Origin: Candidatus Magasanikiibacteriota bacterium
Lineage (GTDB): Bacteria; Patescibacteriota; Patescibacteriia; Magasanikbacterales; UBA922
Reading direction: 5' to 3'
DNA: 64,000 bases
NCBI GenBank assembly: GCA_021648085.1
Contig: JAKITS010000001.1
Location: 915,201-979,200 of the forward strand
Shown here: positions 61,383 to 64,000 of the stretch, in pieces
Layout of the letters: every line of letters begins with the position of its first letter
Numbering within the stretch: the stretch's first letter is position 1
The notes under the pieces: generated by a model
What the model was told of the DNA's origin: nothing
What the model saw: only the letters and a program-made list of their open reading frames with translations
Database searches by the model: none
Translations under genes and position numbers: made by a program

Positions 61383-64000
61383 ATGAAGGAATTAGATAAG
61401 GCATACGAGCCAAAAAAGTTTGAGGATAAAATTTACAAAAGTTGGGAAGACTCTGGATTTTTTAGTCCAGACGAATGCGTTAAAAAAGGTGTTACAAAAA
61501 AAGATGCAAAACCTTTTTCAATAGTATTGCCTCCGCCAAATGTGACAGGAACACTTCATATGGGGCACGCTATGATGCTCGCTATTGAAGATGTGATGGT
61601 TCGTTATCACAGAATGAAAGGAGATAAGACTTTGTGGCTTCCTGGGACTGATCATGCTGCAGTTGCAACAGAGACAAAAGTAGAAAAAATGTTGATAGAC
61701 GCTGGAATGCAAAAACCAAAAGAAACTTTAGGAAGAGAAAAATTTTTGGATGAAGTAAGAAAATTTGCACAAGAATCTCACGACACAATAGTCCATCAAA
61801 CAAAAAAAATAGGAGCAAGTTTGGATTGGGGTCGCGAGGCTTTTACGCTGGACGAAAAAAGACATAAAGCAGTAAACACAGTTTTCAAAAAAATGTTTGA
61901 CGACGGTCTTATTTACCGCGGTCATAGAGTTATCAACTGGTCTGTTGCTGGGCAATCTACTTGTAGCGACGACGAACTTGTGCATTTGGAGCGTCCTACA
62001 AAACTCTACACTTTTAAATATTCCAAAGATTTTCCAATTGAAATTGCAACAACACGCCCAGAAACAAAATTGGGTGATACTGCAGTTGCGGTAAACCCAG
62101 AAGACAAAAGATATAAAGAATTTGTTGGGCAAACTTTTAGTATAGATGTGGGAGCTTTTAAACCCTTAGAAATAAAAATAATTGCAGACGAAGAGGTAAA
62201 TCCAGAATTTGGAACTGGGGCTGTTGGTGTGACGCCTGCTCATAGCAAAGTTGACTTCGAAATGTACGAAAGGCAAAAAGCAAAAAATGAACCAATTGAA
62301 CTTATTCAAGTAATTGGTGAAGATGGAAAAATGAATGAAAACTCTGGAAAATATAAAGGACTTACAGTTTTGAAAGCACGAGAAAAATTTGTAGAATATT
62401 TAGAAAGTGAAGGTCTTCTTGTTAAAACAGAAGATATAACACAAAATGTTGGAACTTCTGACAGGTTTAAAGATGTTGTAGAAGCATTACCAAAAACACA
62501 GTGGTTTGTAAATGTGAATAAAAAATTTGTACTTCCAAAATCAAACTTAAAAGGTGTGGAAAGTGGGAGTGAAGTGACACTAAGAGAATTGATGCAAAAA
62601 GTTGTTCAAAATAAAGAAATTGAAATTTTACCAAACAGATTTGAAAAAACTTATTTTCATTGGATAGACAATTTGCGCGACTGGTGTATTAGTCGCCAGA
62701 TTTGGTATGGGCATAGGATTCCTGTTTGGTACAAAGGCTACGAGGTTTATTCTGGAGTAGAAGCTCCAGAGGATGATGGTTGGGAGCAAGATCCAGACAC
62801 ACTGGACACATGGTTTAGTTCTGGAATTTGGACATTTTCAACACTTGGCTGGCCAGATGATCTAAAAGATATGGAATTTCACCCAACTTCTGTTTTGGAG
62901 ACAGGGTATGATATTCTATTCTTTTGGGTTGCAAGAATGATTCTAATGACGACTTATACTTTGGGCGAAGTTCCTTTCAAAACTGTGTACTTGCACGGAA
63001 TGGTAAGAGATGAAAAAGGAAGAAAAATGAGTAAATCTATAGGAAATATCATAAACCCACTAGATATGATAGAAAAGTATGGCACAGACGCCACACGACT
63101 TTCTTTGCTTATTGGTGGAACTCCTGGAAATGATATGAAATTGTCCGAGGAAAAAGTTGCAGGATTTAGGAATTTTACAAATAAACTTTGGAATATTTCT
63201 AGGTTTATTTTGATGAATATAGAAAATCCACAAAAAGATATTGAGCGACCTGAGCCAAAAACTTTGGCGGATAAATTTATTTATTATAAATTGGATAATT
63301 TAATACATTTATCAGTGGTTAGCTTAGAGAATAATATGTTTTCTAAAGTTGGAGAAAGATTGCGAGACTTTACTTGGGGAGAATTGGCAGATTGGTATTT
63401 GGAAATTGCAAAAGTTGAAGGAAATAAACCTGAAATTTTAAATTATATTTTGAATACAATTCTTAAACTTTGGCATCCATTTATGCCATTCGTCACAGAA
63501 GCGATTTGGCAAGAAGTTTATGGTGAAAATGAAGTATTAATGGTAGAAAAATATCCGGAATCTACAGGAGATGAGCAAAAATATATTTCTGAATATGATA
63601 AGTTTTTCTTTTTGCAAAATTTTATTACAGAAATTCGTGTAAAAAGAAATAATAACAAAGTAAAACCAAAAGAAAAAATCGATGCATTTATTTTAAGTGA
63701 GAAATATAAAGAATTGTTTACTCAAAATAGTGAGATAATTAAAAAATTAGCAAACATATCTGAGTTGAATTTTGTAGATGAAGCTCCAAACAATAAAAAT
63801 TTGATTAAGTTTGCGACTAGAAATTATACAATTTATTTAGAGATAGATATAAACCTAGAAGAGCAAAAAGAAAGAATCCAAAAAGAAATAGATTTTGTAG
63901 CGCCGTTTGTAAAGGTTTTGGAAGGAAAATTAACAAACAAGAATTTTGTGCAAAATGCTCCTGTAGAATTGGTAGAGGAAGAAAGAAAAAGATTGGAAGA
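61383..64000 (+). CDS. valS: Valine--tRNA ligase (3' end beyond window)
   Basis: MKELDKAYEP start, PPPNVTGTLHMGHA, DWCISRQIWYGHRIP, LDTWFSS, KMSKS; absent from ORF track presumably because no stop lies in the window. Confidence 0.97.
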   Translation, partial: MKELDKAYEPKKFEDKIYKSWEDSGFFSPDECVKKGVTKKDAKPFSIVLPPPNVTGTLHMGHAMMLAIEDVMVRYHRMKGDKTLWLPGTDHAAVATETKVEKMLIDAGMQKPKETLGREKFLDEVRKFAQESHDTIVHQTKKIGASLDWGREAFTLDEKRHKAVNTVFKKMFDDGLIYRGHRVINWSVAGQSTCSDDELVHLERPTKLYTFKYSKDFPIEIATTRPETKLGDTAVAVNPEDKRYKEFVGQTFSIDVGAFKPLEIKIIADEEVNPEFGTGAVGVTPAHSKVDFEMYERQKAKNEPIELIQVIGEDGKMNENSGKYKGLTVLKAREKFVEYLESEGLLVKTEDITQNVGTSDRFKDVVEALPKTQWFVNVNKKFVLPKSNLKGVESGSEVTLRELMQKVVQNKEIEILPNRFEKTYFHWIDNLRDWCISRQIWYGHRIPVWYKGYEVYSGVEAPEDDGWEQDPDTLDTWFSSGIWTFSTLGWPDDLKDMEFHPTSVLETGYDILFFWVARMILMTTYTLGEVPFKTVYLHGMVRDEKGRKMSKSIGNIINPLDMIEKYGTDATRLSLLIGGTPGNDMKLSEEKVAGFRNFTNKLWNISRFILMNIENPQKDIERPEPKTLADKFIYYKLDNLIHLSVVSLENNMFSKVGERLRDFTWGELADWYLEIAKVEGNKPEILNYILNTILKLWHPFMPFVTEAIWQEVYGENEVLMVEKYPESTGDEQKYISEYDKFFFLQNFITEIRVKRNNNKVKPKEKIDAFILSEKYKELFTQNSEIIKKLANISELNFVDEAPNNKNLIKFATRNYTIYLEIDINLEEQKERIQKEIDFVAPFVKVLEGKLTNKNFVQNAPVELVEEERKRLE

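Overview
AT-rich (~30% GC by eye) chromosomal segment of a small-genome bacterium using genetic code 11. Gene content and style point to Patescibacteria/CPR, possibly Magasanikbacteria-like (inference). It carries mostly housekeeping genes: recA, ftsK, rpoBC, yebC-ruvC, rpsO-NYN-pnp, an ABC transporter, fba-glmU-like-glmS, rluD-gmk, rplS, uvrA, rpsB-tsf, gap-pgk-eno-gpmI-gpmI and valS (runs off the right end). RNA genes are a 23S-5S rRNA unit with no adjacent 16S, tRNA-Leu(TAG) and a rare tRNA-Ile(TAT). Two unexplained patterns stand out. (1) A family of four dispersed ~160-bp imperfect palindromes has variable but compensated arms and a fixed GAGCGA/GYAGYC internal motif; one copy sits in the loop of a duplicated terminator bracketing a 991-aa orphan gene, and two flank tRNA-Leu. 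(2) There appear to be two classes of gene leader: housekeeping genes are mostly Shine-Dalgarno-less, whereas about eight orphan or foreign-looking genes each have their own sigma70 promoter and a strong SD, most also with a boxA-like motif resembling one in the rRNA leader. All family assignments come from motif recognition by eye; no searches were run.
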